A DNA stretch of 64,000 bases from the NCBI GenBank assembly GCA_050575255.1, contig JBNZDD010013567.1, positions 590,842-654,841 on the forward strand, given 5' to 3'. Numbering within the stretch: the stretch's first letter is position 1; each line of letters opens with the position of its first letter. The translations under genes and the position numbers were made by a program. The notes below the pieces were generated by a model that was not told the DNA's origin, did not search any database, and saw only the letters and a program-made list of their open reading frames with translations. This DNA comes from Harriotta raleighana. Taxonomy: Eukaryota. Of the stretch, positions 25,361-39,400 are shown in pieces.

Positions 25361-27520
25361 AGTTGCTATGAAGACACATTGTGACTTGTTGTTAAGGCAC
25401 ACTATTACTCAACATATTAAACAAATAATTATAATGCAATATCTAAATTAGATGGCTTGTTAGTTCTCCAATACGAATAATTCTATCCCTGAAGTCTGCC
25501 TGAATACTTTTTAAAAGCCATGTTTGTAAGGAACTCTTAATTGAGGTAATCTTGTGTTCCAAATATTTCAAAAACAAAAATTGGTGAGCTTTGTAATCAA
25601 GGTGAGGTGATTTTGGTGCTGGGTACTGGAATTAACTGCCAACGGGGTATATTACCTGCAGAGGAACTCCAGTTAGCTTTCCTTGATGCCTCTTTAATCT
25701 GAGATCAGAAAGCCACCATGTGAGGACATGTGGATACAACTATTGGCACTTCTAACACAAGGCTTCATTCAATTTGTTGCTCCGATACACCATCTTCTCA
25801 TTTCTGCTAATCTTTTTATTATTATGGAAAATGTCAAATATTTAACATGAACTACCTAATATCTAAACAACTTGGCTTCACACTACTTTTGCAAATTGCC
25901 TTTTCATTTCTCCAAAAAGTGTTTGGCTTATCAGAGATTGTTGTTGGGTGGGTTGCCTGTGGCCCACGATTACTGAACAAATATATTTTTCTTAATTTTA
26001 TTTTTTTATTGTGTTAACCACTGATGTAATTGTTTATTATACTATTGCATTAACTACAGAGAGATTGTGCACTCCTCAACAAGCAAATAGAAATTTATAT
26101 GCTGGACATGGAGACACTAATCACCATATGGGGTTTCCAAACCCTTTGGGCTTCTTTCTGAATGAAATAAACCTATTTAACAGCGAGAGAGGGAGTGCAA
26201 TGTTTTAAGATCTATTCCTCTTGCATATTTATGTACAACACTTATCACTATTTAACAGGAAAGTTGAATTCCCAAGTGTGTGTTTGCGTATTTTTATTTT
26301 TTCTGTGCTCATTGAAATGATGGATGTTCCTGCTGAGGAATGGAAAACGTACTGCTTTCCGCGCCTGTATCCACATTGAGCAGTAAGGTCAGGATAACTT
26401 GACCCAGATGAAGAGCAGAAATTTAGCCAAATCTGTCCCAGCAAAGTCTTTAACCCCAGCATCACAAGAGCACCTGTTGCTGGTACGTCAGTGCAACATT
26501 TGTGATTCCCACAATCCATCATTTTTATGGCCTTTGAGCGAGATTGCTAATTTAGTGCCAATTATATGCGGTTTTATGCTTATGGATTCATGCCCACTCA
26601 ACCTTTGGCAGAAGAACCATGTTGCAATACATTGGGGCATCTGTTTTGACATGTTTAATAATGTGCAGAACATTCTAAATACACTTTGGTTTTTACCTGT
26701 TTTACCCTTTTACACTGAGTATGTCTTAATGATAGCATGAGCTAGTTTATTAATGTGTTGACAATGTTATCCACTTCATAGAGATAGTGCCATATTGAAG
26801 TAAATATATTCATGTTAAAGTTTAGGTTGTTTAGAATTGAAAATTTAGGAATATATTTATTATCCTGTAAACATAGAGTGAAGCCCCATATGAGCTTTTA
26901 ATTGGAAATCATTAGAGACAAGTGCAAATGACTCAGTATCGAAAACCAGTGGTTTACAGTTATTATCCAATGCAATAATTAGTTGATTTGCTTCACGGAG
27001 GATAATAACTTGCACATGTTCATGCATTCCACATCACATTTTGCTACAGAAACGAGTTGTGCTTCAAATTGAAGTGCAGTTGATGCAAAGTCTTTAATCA
27101 GATAAATGAGAAACTAACTATTTTGATCTAAAATTGGTCCTGTACAGGTATACCACAAACCGCTAATACGGATGGTTGCAATGGGAGTTCGCATATAGGC
27201 ACAGAGTGCATTATAATTCTCCTTGCTGGTTTCTAGTATGGCTGCTGTTTCCCATCGATAAAGTGCTGATAAGTGGCCACAAGCCTTTATATCACAAAAG
27301 GAGTTGGTGTTGTGTTGTCTGAAAAACTCTGAAAGTAACATGAGTAATGAGCATTATTTAGAAATATTTTAGTGTACATACATGTTCTAGATAACATATA
27401 TAATAACAAGTATTGTACTGCAGTTAAACGTATTAAATTTGATGCATGGTATTTATGATGTTGACCATTTCATAAAAATGTTTTGAACCTGTTTTGAGTA
27501 ACCAGTGATCTATATTTTAG

Positions 27521-27616
27521 AGGCAATGGTGCATGGATCACCAGAGACTCCTGAAGGACCAGAAGTAAAGCGGTCGGAAGAGAACCCAGAGGAGCTGGCC
27601 TTGTGGATGATGCCAG
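27521..27616 (+). CDS. zfpm1: ZFPM1/FOG1 coding exon 3 equivalent (96 nt, phase 1-1)
   Basis: Acceptor tatattttag| and donor CCAG|gtaata. Encodes EAMVHGSPETPEGPEVKRSEENPEELALWMMP, ending in W-x-x-P like FOG exon 3 (WSGP). The frame is consistent with both neighbouring exons. Confidence 0.85.
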
Positions 27617-28249
27617 GTAATACCGCGGGATTGTGAGAACTTCAGCTTCAGTTAGAATGAGTCTTCTCAGCTAAGTATTTGAACGTTAAAGAAAGATTCA
27701 ATTGAAAATAAAACTGAAACTATTTCTTATCCTGGGTCAAAAATGGACCTTCATTGGGTTTTAAAACCCAGTGAAGCCCTTGCTTTTTAAAATAAATACA
27801 AGTGGCCTTTATGACCTGTTCTATTTGTGGCCAGACTATAACCAAAAAGGAATTAGCCTCATGACCTGAGGCTATGAACTGAACAACTAGTACCAAGTGT
27901 GCATTTGATAGTGGGTAATACTATTTTTTTAATTATACAAAAAGCTGTTTGGCAAAAAGCTGCATTGTTGAGAGGGATAATGTGTTAGATGGGTAGATGT
28001 AGACAAAAGTTAATGAGTGGCACCAACACAAATGTGCTAAGATCTCTGGCAGATACAGTATATAAGATCTGTCATACTGGTCTGAACATTGAAAACATGT
28101 TATTAAAAAGCCATGATTTGAAGTACTCTATTGAGAGCTCCAAGATTGGAAGTATTTTTAAGTATGGGTTTGATTGATTGGGATAGACAGAATGGAAGTA
28201 TAGCCATCAGTTTTGTCCATCATATCTAGTCATAACCTGTCATAACCAA

Positions 28250-28520
28250 CCGTCCTTCGGATGAGGTATTAAACTGGGTCCCGACTGCCTGTTCAGGCTG
28301 ATGTTAAAGATCCCATGCCACGATTCGAAAAGAGAGGGAGTTTCTCCTCGTGTCCTGGATAACTTAGGCATTTGTGGGAGAATGTTGTGCTGCTGTGTAT
28401 CACCCCAAAAATACCCAGTCACTCCATTTTACAGTATAATCTGTGAAGCACTTTCACATGTCTCAATGATGAGATAGGCACTATATCAAACACAAGGATT
28501 ATTCTTTATTTACGATTATT
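28250..28520 (+). mobile_element. Deu-domain SINE, 5'-truncated
   Basis: ccgtccttcggatgaggtattaaactgggtcccgactgcctgttcagg..taaagatcccatg..; tail gtgaagcactttc...ggcactatatcaaacacaaggattatt. Confidence 0.75.
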
Positions 28521-29531
28521 ATAAATTGTGATACAAATCGAGTGTGCTGTATCTATGTATTGACCAGGAAAGATCTTCGCTTAAAAAAAGTCATTTACAG
28601 TATATTGAAGGTCTGGTCTTTGAAGCTGTACAATGTTGTATCTTATGTTGAGAGACCTTGGATTTGAAATCCAAATCATGGCTGGTATTTGAACTCAGAT
28701 ACTAGTCTCTGTAACACTTTGAAGTGCTTTGTGGTGGTTCAGCATTCCATTATTTGGGTTTTATAAGGATCTGTGTGGATACTGCGATAAGAATGTCTCT
28801 GTACTGGTCAAGTGATTTGGGAACTCGACAGTGGCTTTCAAGAGATGCACTTCTGACCATCCCAGCGTCCTTGCTGTAAGGAATATATGTTTGTAAACAG
28901 CTTAATTTTGACTCATGGGAGATCACGCTGCTCTTTTTCATTCACTGTATCATGGATTGTTAATGTGTACTCTGGACTATTCTACTCCATTTGCTAAGCC
29001 AAGTGAATTTGCTGCTGTGTTGACTTTCAAATGCAGTACTTTCAACGCTAGATAGTTTTTGTATTTAAATACTATAACTTTATAATTTTAGAATTGCATC
29101 ACACTTATCCTGTGTGACTTTGGCAAATTAATGTGGATAACAGATTATCCAAGTCTGCACTTTCTATATTGCTGTTTGAAGTCTTAAAAAATTATATTCA
29201 CCTCCAAACTTTACATGCACTACACCTTACAAGAAAATCTGAAGTGCTTTGAGACTTTGCAATACAAGGTACTATATCAAATGCAAGATTATTATTATTT
29301 ATTATCAATAAAACTTGTGTTTGGATTCTGTCTATCCTCCACCCCTTCCCTCCCCAACCTCTGGACAGGGCGGAAATTTTAAACCCACCCCATTGACATT
29401 TCAAGACAATACGAAGCTGGTAACGTGTCTCTGACTGCTATTGCCACTCAGTGACAGGCTGTCACAAGATGTGATTCTGTACATTGTAAACGTGCCCACA
29501 GAGTACAAACTGAGAACTTGCAAAACCCACA

Positions 29532-29694
29532 AGGCTGGTTAACATTAAAGGGATGCTTGAGGATAAGATCCTACGGTAAATTTATCCTTGAGTGGAAAAA
29601 TACAGGCCTATGCTCCATTTTAAAACTAAACAAGTACTTAAGGATAAGGATCCAGTAAGGTCTTATCCTCCAATATTCCTTTAATATTGAGCCT
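29532..29694. mobile_element. Ancient foldback (hairpin) MITE-like element
   Basis: Arms of ~60 bp, aggct..attaaaggga..gaggataagatcctac..ttatccttgagt and acttaaggataagg..gtaaggtcttatcctc..ttcctttaatattgagcct, are imperfect reverse complements. Confidence 0.6.
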
Positions 29695-30659
29695 GGAATT
29701 TGTATTTGGGTCTTTTGTCTCCAGCGCCTTAGGACGTCCTCCTGACTTGAAAGGCGCTATAAAAAGTGTAATTTTGTTGTTGTTATTATTATACCCCATC
29801 AGGTATTTAAATGGATTATTTCTATGACTTTCTAATGTAAATGAGAAAACATTGGCAGTATATCATTTCAAGCATTTGTTTATCAAGTTATGTTTAAAAC
29901 ACAGTAAAGGTATCTAGTTTTCTGCTTAGTTACACAACTATTCACCCCACCCCAGATGCTTACTAGCAAATATGATTCCAGCCGTCAGTTTATATATAGA
30001 GGCTTATATCTTTTGAATATTATGTTGTTGAAAAGCATTTCATTTTATTATGTTAATACAGCCTGGGAAATAACACATGCCAAAGTTGGCAAGGAGTGTT
30101 TTAAATAATGTTTTGCACCAAGTAACTGAATTACTTTCTAGATCTCATCCATCATAACCAGGCTTAGGATGGTTTTTAGTTCCTTTATTCTCTTGCCTGC
30201 AAATTAATTTAGATCAAAATAGTTGAAGAGTAGTTTAGTGTGCTATTGTTTATACCAAATGAAATAGCTGCATAGTTTTGCCATAATAATCCATAAGCAT
30301 CTGAATATAATTGGGTGCATGAGATTATTGGTGAAATGCGGTGTGTTAGAAAACAAGAGACTGATAATTTGATTGTTGTCCTAACTAAGCATGTGAAAAT
30401 GATATCTGAATTGCCATTTAAAGTGTTATCAAGTAAGAGATAGGGTATATTTCTCCATACTGGCTTTATTTAACAAGGTAGTAACATGAATTAGTGTAAA
30501 GTGGTGGAGTGAAATGCCTGTTGAGAGAATTATTCTACAGTGGATCCAGTGAACTTTGGCACCCAGCAATCATTGTATAGTTGATGCAACGGGATGTTTC
30601 AGTTGTAGGCTCGGTATCAATTCTGCTGCAGTAAATAAACTTGGAGGAACCACTGAAGC

Positions 30660-31050
30660 AAAGCTTCATCACTGATTGCAACAGCTATCATCCTGGGGAA
30701 CAGAAACTGGTTGCAAAGGAGGTGGGGCACATATTAACAGGATCAGATTATACCCCTAGGGAGAGTCAACAAGTCCCATCTGAACACAAACTTGACAGTT
30801 ATTCACAAGCTTTGTTAAACAGCCTAATGTGCGTGACTGCAATTTCACCCCTTTCTGATTCTGTCAGTGACTTGACCTGTGCATGATATACACACAGTTG
30901 GGGCAGCCCTGAATTGTCCAATACATCTGTACTTAAAAATTCAGTTGACAGTTGTAGTGGAGCCATCGTGTCCCTGGACCTTTCAGCCACAGTAGATTGC
31001 ATCAGATTCCCCAGAGCTGGGTCAAGAGTGATGGAATTCAGCAAGGGAAT
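30660..31050 (+). mobile_element. Highly decayed L2/CR1-type reverse-transcriptase fragment
   Basis: AIVSLDLSATVDCI resembles the RT motif LLDLSAAFDTVDH; surrounding frames are broken. Confidence 0.45.
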
Positions 31051-34000
31051 TTCTCCCAGTATTGTGGGCCAACAATCCCCCACAGATAAAATTGCTCATT
31101 TGCCTTGCGACTATTTGTAGGACATTTATATGATCGATGCTTATTACAGTATTATGTTAGAAGGAATTTAAAAGACATAAAATTTGAATATCATTTATTT
31201 TTGTGAATCTGATTAAATGGCACAATATTTAATTATAGAATGAACTGCTGACAATATGGCACCAATTCCTCTCACTGTGATTTGCACAATACTGTATGTA
31301 ATTGGAATGGAAAAAAAATTCTATTATTCCATTTTGGACCCACATTGAGTGACTGAGGAATATCTCACACTTTGAGGGTTGCTCAAGCCTTTCCTTAATT
31401 GCATTGATGCCTTAAATGCATAAACCCTTAAGAATAAAATGGGCTAAAATTAATTAAAAATTAATTAACAGGCCACATTAATTTTCAGGAATCATTTTAT
31501 GCTTTAAATTTTACTCTCATGAAACTAAGACAAAATTCTAACTATTTCTTAACAGCCAGAATGGAAAAAGGAAGCACAACCATAAAAGAATGTGCCAATG
31601 AAAGGGGTTGAGTATTTATTATTAAGATACTGTGTTGCAGAATCATATCACTATCTTACAGCCTGCCATCTCAGCAGCAATTGTTCTGAATATTAATTGT
31701 TCTGTGGTCTGGAGCTGATGGGAGGATGATGATACATTGGATGATAGTGGGTATTTCAAACCTCCCCGCTGTGATAGACCGGCTATCAACCACATTCCAG
31801 CCATTTCACTTATCAGCTAAAGGGATTCGGGGAAAGAGTTTTTGAGGTAACCGTCTCAGTGCTTGCAGTTGTGACTTGTGTTACCGGGAGATGCGAGCGA
31901 TAGGGACTGGACATTTCATTGACTTAAATATGTTGCCACCTGAATTTCTTCTGCTCTTAATGGTCATTATACAGTAATTGTAAATGACTTTTGGAGCTCA
32001 GGCTTGTTTTCTGTATCTCCTTATAAATTAATTTGATCAGAAAATAATTTTAAAACTCTTTCTTTTGCCTGATATCCTCTTATCACATTGAAATATCTTA
32101 AGCATTTTTGTGCAGTGTGTTGCAGTCTGTGTCAACACTAACAAAATCTCACAAACAGCAAAGAAAACTAACGGAAAAAGTAATGTGAGGGAAATATTCT
32201 TCTGTTTCTCTGTAAAGAACTTCCCTGGCCCTTTATATTTTGTCTCTTAATAGTCACTTTGGGGATAAGTTTTAAAAATATATAATTCTGACAGCTTTCA
32301 AGTCTCTACCCAAATTGATTTTCAATACATCATTTCCAAACCAAGGTCTTTCCTTTTATCTGCACCTCACTGTGAGAGCCTCAAGTCCATGATTCAGAGG
32401 TGTGAAGTGTACGTGAAGTGTTGTGACAGGCATAGTTGTAAACATTTCCTGGCTTCTCTGTACCTATCTGTTATATTTCTCTTGCGTTACATGACCAGAC
32501 ACTGAAGAATTTCATTGTGCCTGATCTGTTGCTGTTCCTTGTTACAATTGAGCAGTTATTTCCCAGTGGAACACATACTGATGTGCTTGTCTGTTCATCT
32601 GCAACACTACTGTATCCTTTGAGCCTTTTTCAATAAGGATTTCAAGTCCCAAACACTTCAGCAAACCTTTCTAATTTCCATTGCACTTGTGTCCGTTTTT
32701 GACACCTCACTTGGAGCCATCAAATTGTTTTTTTTAAAAATTATTCTGCATGAAAAACACTGTACCAATTCAAGTGGTGTTATTTCTAAATTCCTCAAGA
32801 TGCAGTGGCATTTTGTGTAGGTTGACCTAGAACACATCAAAACATGCACTCTAATTTATACTTAATGCTGGCTTTGAGGCGTACAAGTCTCTTAAATCGC
32901 GGACATGTGGTAGTATAAACAACTCGGTTGTTCTAATTGATTATCAGTTGCTAAACGTGGCTACCCTACTTCCTTTTAATTTTTTTCCTTTTTAGCCGCT
33001 ACATACAAAATCCAGCTTTCCTTGCTTTGTTCCATGAATTTTTAGTAATATGCTAGAGATGATCAAAAAGCAAAGTGACCTTTTAATCTTCAGTTTGTGA
33101 AAGTCGGTATTTCCTTTGGTGAAGTCATTTAAAAGTTAACATTTGATTGAGATTGGGTGAATAATGAAGCCTCTGTGTACATCCATTAAAATGTGAGCTT
33201 AGTTATGCAAACTGAATTTAAGTATTCCTTTTAATCTTTAAAATAACCTTGTATGCCAGAGGGTTCAATATTTTTCAGAACTTTCTGATATGCAAAGAGC
33301 TGATAAGTATAATCAGCACCGTGAGAGAACTGAAGGGCCTTCAGGACTGTCTAAAACTATGGACAGTTGAGCCTGATTCCTTGGTCTGTGCAGGGAAGCT
33401 GTTTCAGAAGTAAGCAATTCTTATCTGGGAAGAAGTCGAGATACTTGTAGTATGTGATTATCTTGTAAGTAAATGTTTCTCTTTCTCATTGATACACACA
33501 AAAAAATTACATACACACATTGCTGAAATTGCTCTGCCACCAAAATAGAACAATTTATTTACAAACATGGCCTTGTGCTGAGGTTTACTTTTTTTGTGTG
33601 TCTTTGGGGGGTTGAGGAGTTTATTGATTTTTTTTCTTCTTCTCTGTTGTAGCAGACTTACAACAGATTGATTTAATACATGGCCGACATCTTGCATGTA
33701 AGAACGAGCAACAAATGTAATCGGGAAGCATAATCTGAGAAGCAATTCAAACCTAATTTGACCAAATGAGTGGGGTTAAACCTTCACCTCGAGGTTAAAG
33801 GAAGAGTTAATGAGAATGAACAGAATCTCATTCAAGAAGGGAGGGCTACACTTATCTCTTACTTATTCTTTCTCTGAACACACGTGTTTGTCCTTTCCAG
33901 GGCTGGTAGACCTGGGATATCCCCTTCTTAAATGTGTGGTATTTCAAATGGTTACCTTTATCAGTACTAGTTACTCCAGCAAGCACTCAATTGAGAAGCT

Positions 34001-34271
34001 CAGATCAAGACATGATTGGGGGCTGGGGGGGGCAACCAGACTGAGTCTGTGTCCTCCAAAATAACATCTAGAGACCTACAAATCTTTTATTTTCAATATT
34101 GCTGTCCAGCCAATTAAACACAACTTCCAAAGACAACACAAATCTGCAGAAAGCTCCCAGTTATTTACAGTTGCAAGCAGTGCCATTTTAGTGGGTGAGC
34201 CCCAGCAGCAGTACCTCTGTGCATATCCTGGAGGAAACCCAGATTTCTGTGCCTAATACTCTAGAATGAAG

Positions 34272-34365
34272 AAAGCAGGATGCAATCCTCCCAAGGAGAG
34301 AGTGCGCATTCCATTCCAGGTGAGGGGAAATCTCCATGCAAAGAGAACATGCATCTGAGGAAGTC
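34272..34365 (+). repeat. Unclassified interspersed repeat; inverted copy at ~61003-61082 (and ~63400-63479)
   Basis: aagcaggatgcaatcctcccaaggagagagtgcgcattccattccag..aaatctccatg matches the reverse complement of catggagttttcac..ctggaatggagtacgcactctctctggaggggtgcatcctgctt. Confidence 0.7.
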
Positions 34366-36084
34366 TGTCTGGATCCTCTTTAAGAATGGGGTGGATACTC
34401 TCAAGTATGGCTGTGGATCGCCAGGTGTTTCAGATACTCATCTGACCAAATAAGGTGTTTCACTTTGCGCTGATCTCATTGTCCCACGTTCTGTTTGGGC
34501 ATTTCAACACCAATGTTTGATTTACTTGACAGCACAGAGTGAATATAACTACAGGGACAAGTACCCTGGCTTTGATTGTGAACTCTCAATCTATTCTTAT
34601 CTGACATTGGGAAGAGGGTCTCTTTTTTCACTATTTATACATCCAGCTCCGCAGATCAGTAATTTGTGCTTGGAAAAAATTGTGGCTAATATTTACCTTA
34701 TTCGCTTTAAAAACTGTTTCTTAAAAGCAGCTTACCTCCCCCGCCCTCCCACCCCCAACCCCATGAGGGAAGGTAATGCATAATTTACATTTTCTGGGTG
34801 AAAAGAAGCATTATGAAAAAAGGGAATAGAATATAAATCCTTCACTCCCTTATGTTGTCTTGACCACTTGTGTCAATGGCTCCATTATTGGAGTCTGTTG
34901 AGCTCTATTGTGGAACTGTGGGATAAGAGTGAAATTTGTTTTAAAAAAACAAGTACCAAAACAAAGCAGTCATGATTTTTAACTGTACAAAATAATCAAG
35001 TTACGGAATTTAGAAAGTCTTTGATCTGCGCGATTACCCACTTGCTGTTAGCAGTGGTTGGATACTCCTCTGTTTTTTATGATTCACTAAAAACAGGTTG
35101 TGACATTGCGGAGATGTGGATGATATGAATGTTGACTAATGTTTGAATTGTTCTATTATGAAAAAAAATCCCCAGGATGGGTGACTCACTAATGAGTGAG
35201 GTAGAGGTTGAACAAGTTCCTTTATCAAAATTGAGTAAGAGATTGCTTCTGAAAGCAACTCAAGCCACTGTACAGCGAGCATTTTATGAAAGAAAGTGAA
35301 TGAATAAATGAAAATAAGTTTTGGCCTGCTGGAAAAAAATGATTTTGTTGAAAAACATTTTAGGTATATTCATATTGCTATCACTTTCCTATTTGTCTTG
35401 AGTTTTTTGGTTTGCGCTAAACTCAAGGACAGGCCTTTCTTTGGCATAGAAACCATTTAATTGGCGTACGATCTGCAAACTAATGATTTTACCTGTCATC
35501 GTTTTATCTTTTGCTCCCGTTGATTTCTCTTTAGTGGACTCCTTACCATTGCATTCCAGAGCTTAAAGATTAGTGTGGTCATTTACAGATTGTTCATTTA
35601 TTTCCCCCATAATGGCAGGTATGGGAATTTGTATTGTTTAATGGAATGCATTACAGATTCTACTTCATTTTTCCTTAACAGATCAGTTAACTGTTTCCTT
35701 TCTTCTGCCCATTTCACAACAGTATGAAATTCTTTAACGGTATGCACTCAGCCCTGACTGAAGCAATCAATTGCTACATTCCTATTAAGCAGTTGAGCAT
35801 CTATTCAATTTCAGGATAATTTTTCTCCCTTTCTTATTCCACCCTTTCCTGTCTTAAAAAGTAAACGCAATGTTAAACTTCGGTTGAGAACTTCTAGGTT
35901 TTGTACAACATTTACTCTATTAGGTTTCAGTCATTTATATAGCACATGGTTTAACGGTAATGATTTCACACATTAACGGTAAAGTCAATTGTGTCATACA
36001 CTCGATGATACTAGATACCAAATGGAGATGGATTAACAATGGTTGGGTTCATGATATAGGTATGTTTGCAGACCTGACAAGTCC

Positions 36085-36450
36085 AGCCCAATGGATAGGA
36101 AACAAAAACGGGATAGACAACAAAGCTGCTACAAGGACAACTGAAAAGCAAAGCAACATGATCGTTGACTCTTGGGAAATTCTAGCCTCCTACAGACAGC
36201 TATGGGGTGTTGCAGTGAGAGAAGGAGTCAAGGGCTTTGAGGAACAACACTGTGCCAGTGTGGAGGCCAGATGAAAGTTCGGCAATGTCATAGGGATCAA
36301 CGGGAGACTCGTCCAGAAACGTGGTTATGTGAGACTTGTGGTTGGCAAATGTCTGCCACGTATTGGCTTGTATAGTCATCAACATCTGTACCTATCATGA
36401 ACTTATGCTCCTTTCATTATTGTCAACATCATCCTCGAGTTCAAAGGACA
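36085..36450 (+). mobile_element. RTE-clade LINE 3' fragment
   Basis: Peptide ...DSWEILASYRQLWGVAVREGVKGFE fits the RTE motif WE.LA.DR..WR..V..G...FE; a decayed C..CGK.C..RIGL.SH motif follows (tgtgagacttgtg..aaatgtctgccacgtattggcttgtatagtcat). Confidence 0.75.
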
Positions 36451-39400
36451 CACAGCTACTATATTTGAGATGATGGCAGGGAACGGAAAGGTGTGGTGAG
36501 CTAGCAGATTGTACAATGCAGCAGAAGCCTTTGTTCTCTTCTCCTTCGCTCTCTTCCAACATTTTTTAACTACTTTGTATTGATTGCAACTCTCCAACCC
36601 AGTATAACTGCTTTCTTGTGTGTGTGTGTGTGTGTATGTAATATATAATATATGTACAATATCTGCTGATGAGCACAGCAGTTCAGATGACAGTCTCGAG
36701 ATTCCAAGCCTTATTGACTTGCAGTGGAACGTTTAACTATTTAGGTTGGAATCACTGCAGTCTTGCAAACCCAACTCCCTGAACGATGTGAGTTTTGTTT
36801 AAACTCTGCAGCAGAGTTTTGTCTTATTAGTAGTTAGACAGGAGTTATGTAGACGCAAGTGAAGTTTGAGTTCAAATTGTGTCTAATGGCTGAGATTTGC
36901 CAGATCTTTTTATCCTTGAACCTTATGACCATTTTGAAAATGAATCCTCTTTTGAAAATGGGTGTACTGGAAACTCTCACCAGCATTCAGTATACACCTT
37001 GAATCACTTTATTTTTAACGCTCAATCTATCTTACTATCAATTCAGGGGAGCACAGAATTAATATTTACTTCATCCAAGAAGATTTTTTTTCCATATAGA
37101 CTTTTGATAACTTGATGATATTGTTCAATCTTCACGTCTTAATGTTGATGTAATGACTAAAAGATGCTTTACGTTGATATTATAAACCTGATTATTGCTG
37201 TATTTTGAGGTTTTGCCAAGCATTGTTCTTCTGAATCCAATTGATCTAGCCAAGGTTAAATGTAGGAGTGACTTCCAGAGGAAAGAGGAGAGCTGTGTAT
37301 TTATAAAAAATTTGATAAGAGGATTAATACACTTTTTGTTAAGATGCATTTTAGCACCAATACACAGAATTCAAGATGCCAAAAATGAGAGATCTGCCCA
37401 GCTCTGATGTTGGAACAGAGAAAGTAGCAAGGATGGTCAGTCAGCCTGGTAATGAGAATCATTTTTCACTGCCCTTAAAGTTTAGGTCAGGAGGAATATG
37501 GATCGGATCGTAGAAGGAGCCCAGTAACTCAGGTGGAACAATCAATGACTTTCATCCAGAGGGCTGAAGTTCCGATTTGACTCTTGAAGTAATGAATTGC
37601 CCTCAATGTGTCAGTTTGCCAGTTGCTGGCAGGTTGCTAGGTAAAGAGCATTTTTAAGCTTGTGCTGTATAGTATCTAGGGGGAAAATTTAATAATAATA
37701 ATATGCAAATTCAAACCAATGAAGGCCTGCTCTGATTTTGCAAGTAAGGAAAAGTGCAGATCCTCCCACCACATTAGTTAAGAGAGGAAATGTTTTAGGG
37801 TACGAATCTCGGGGTGGGGAGAAGTGGGGGAAGTTTCAAAAAGATAAGGTTTGTTCAAGTTGATATGGAGAAGGCAAAATTCTGGAACAGTCAACTCTAC
37901 TAACAAAGGGAGACTTGAGATATCTACAACTTAATGTCTGAAGTGCTCAAGGATTTAAAAAGTTATTTTTTATTCTCCCAATGCACTTCTGGATAGACTC
38001 TCAAACGCAAACTGAATATTGGGAATATTCCCTGCGTTCCGAGAATTATATTAAAAGATGAAAACTCTTTTTGTTTCTTCATTTATCTTTTTCACTCCCT
38101 TTTTTTTCCCCTGAGATCTGTTTTCCAAAAAAAGCCCAAGGTCTGGTATCACAGAGAACACTACAGTCTGTGGCTGTACGAGTTGTTCTGATGCAGCAAG
38201 AGGGATAAATTATTTAGATTATTCAGATGCTTTCATTTATACATTGCCAGATGTGTGGGATGGGAATCAATGAAGTAGTTTCTTTTAATTTCACGGTTGT
38301 TTTCATCGAGTGTGTGCGTATTGGGGGGGGGGGGCAGTAATAAAAAAAATGTCTGGAGCATTAAAAGCTTTTCTTTTGTACTTTATCTTTGAGTTTTTAC
38401 TATCAGCGGACTGTAATTAAGAGTTATATAAATAAATCGATTGGCCATAATTTCTAAATGTTGCCACCCCACTGTTTCAAAGTGAGTGGTTGAAAACTTT
38501 AAGAATTTTTTTTAAAAGACCTAGACAATATGAATTCTGTTTTATCATTGATATGCTACAAAGGACTCTGTAAATTGTTCAATTTAAAATGTTTTAATTT
38601 ACATTGCTTTGGATTTGAATCAGAAGAGTAGACATCTTAACCTGCACATTGTATGGCTGCAGCACATTACGATAAAGCGTAATTTATAGCTATAAATCCC
38701 AGACACAATTGTCTGCCTGTAGCCTATTTGGGAATTTTTTTCACGCTAATCCGGGGGTGTATGGGGAGGTACGGGGGAGATTGTTAACCCATTCTCTCTT
38801 GCAAATCACACCTGTAGCTCTGACAAGGAACTGTGTGAAGTGATAGATACAACCAATCAACTCGCCCACTTGAAAACAGTGACTAATGTTAGGGTAGAGT
38901 TCCAAAAGGTATTGAAACCGAGCCATTGTGCACCTAGAAGGCTGTAAGTTTGACTTCAGATACAGCAGTAGTTGAGGAAAGATTCAATAGCTGATTTCAG
39001 AGCAGGAAAGGACAGAAGGAAATCTTAAATTCAAATTCAGGTTGATCAATAGTTTTAATTTTCATTTGATGACCATCATGCAATGCAGCATCTGATGACT
39101 GGTAAATCCAATCACTTCTGCCATTATTTGCTGTAAATATAGTGCAACTTGAAATCAAAATTTGATCAAAAGAGAATTCACAGGTTCTCAAATGATCCCT
39201 CGGCATAAAACACGTGACTAGAGTAGTATGGAGTGAGTATTGATGACAGACACATTTAAAAAGACAGCAATTTGTCAGAAGACACTGCTGCTACAAGAAG
39301 ATCTTATCTTTAATGGAGTCTTGTTTGCTTTCCTTGCTTAAATTTGGGATAATACAGTGTAGCACTTTTTCCTGCTACCAATATTATAAAGCAGGGAGAG

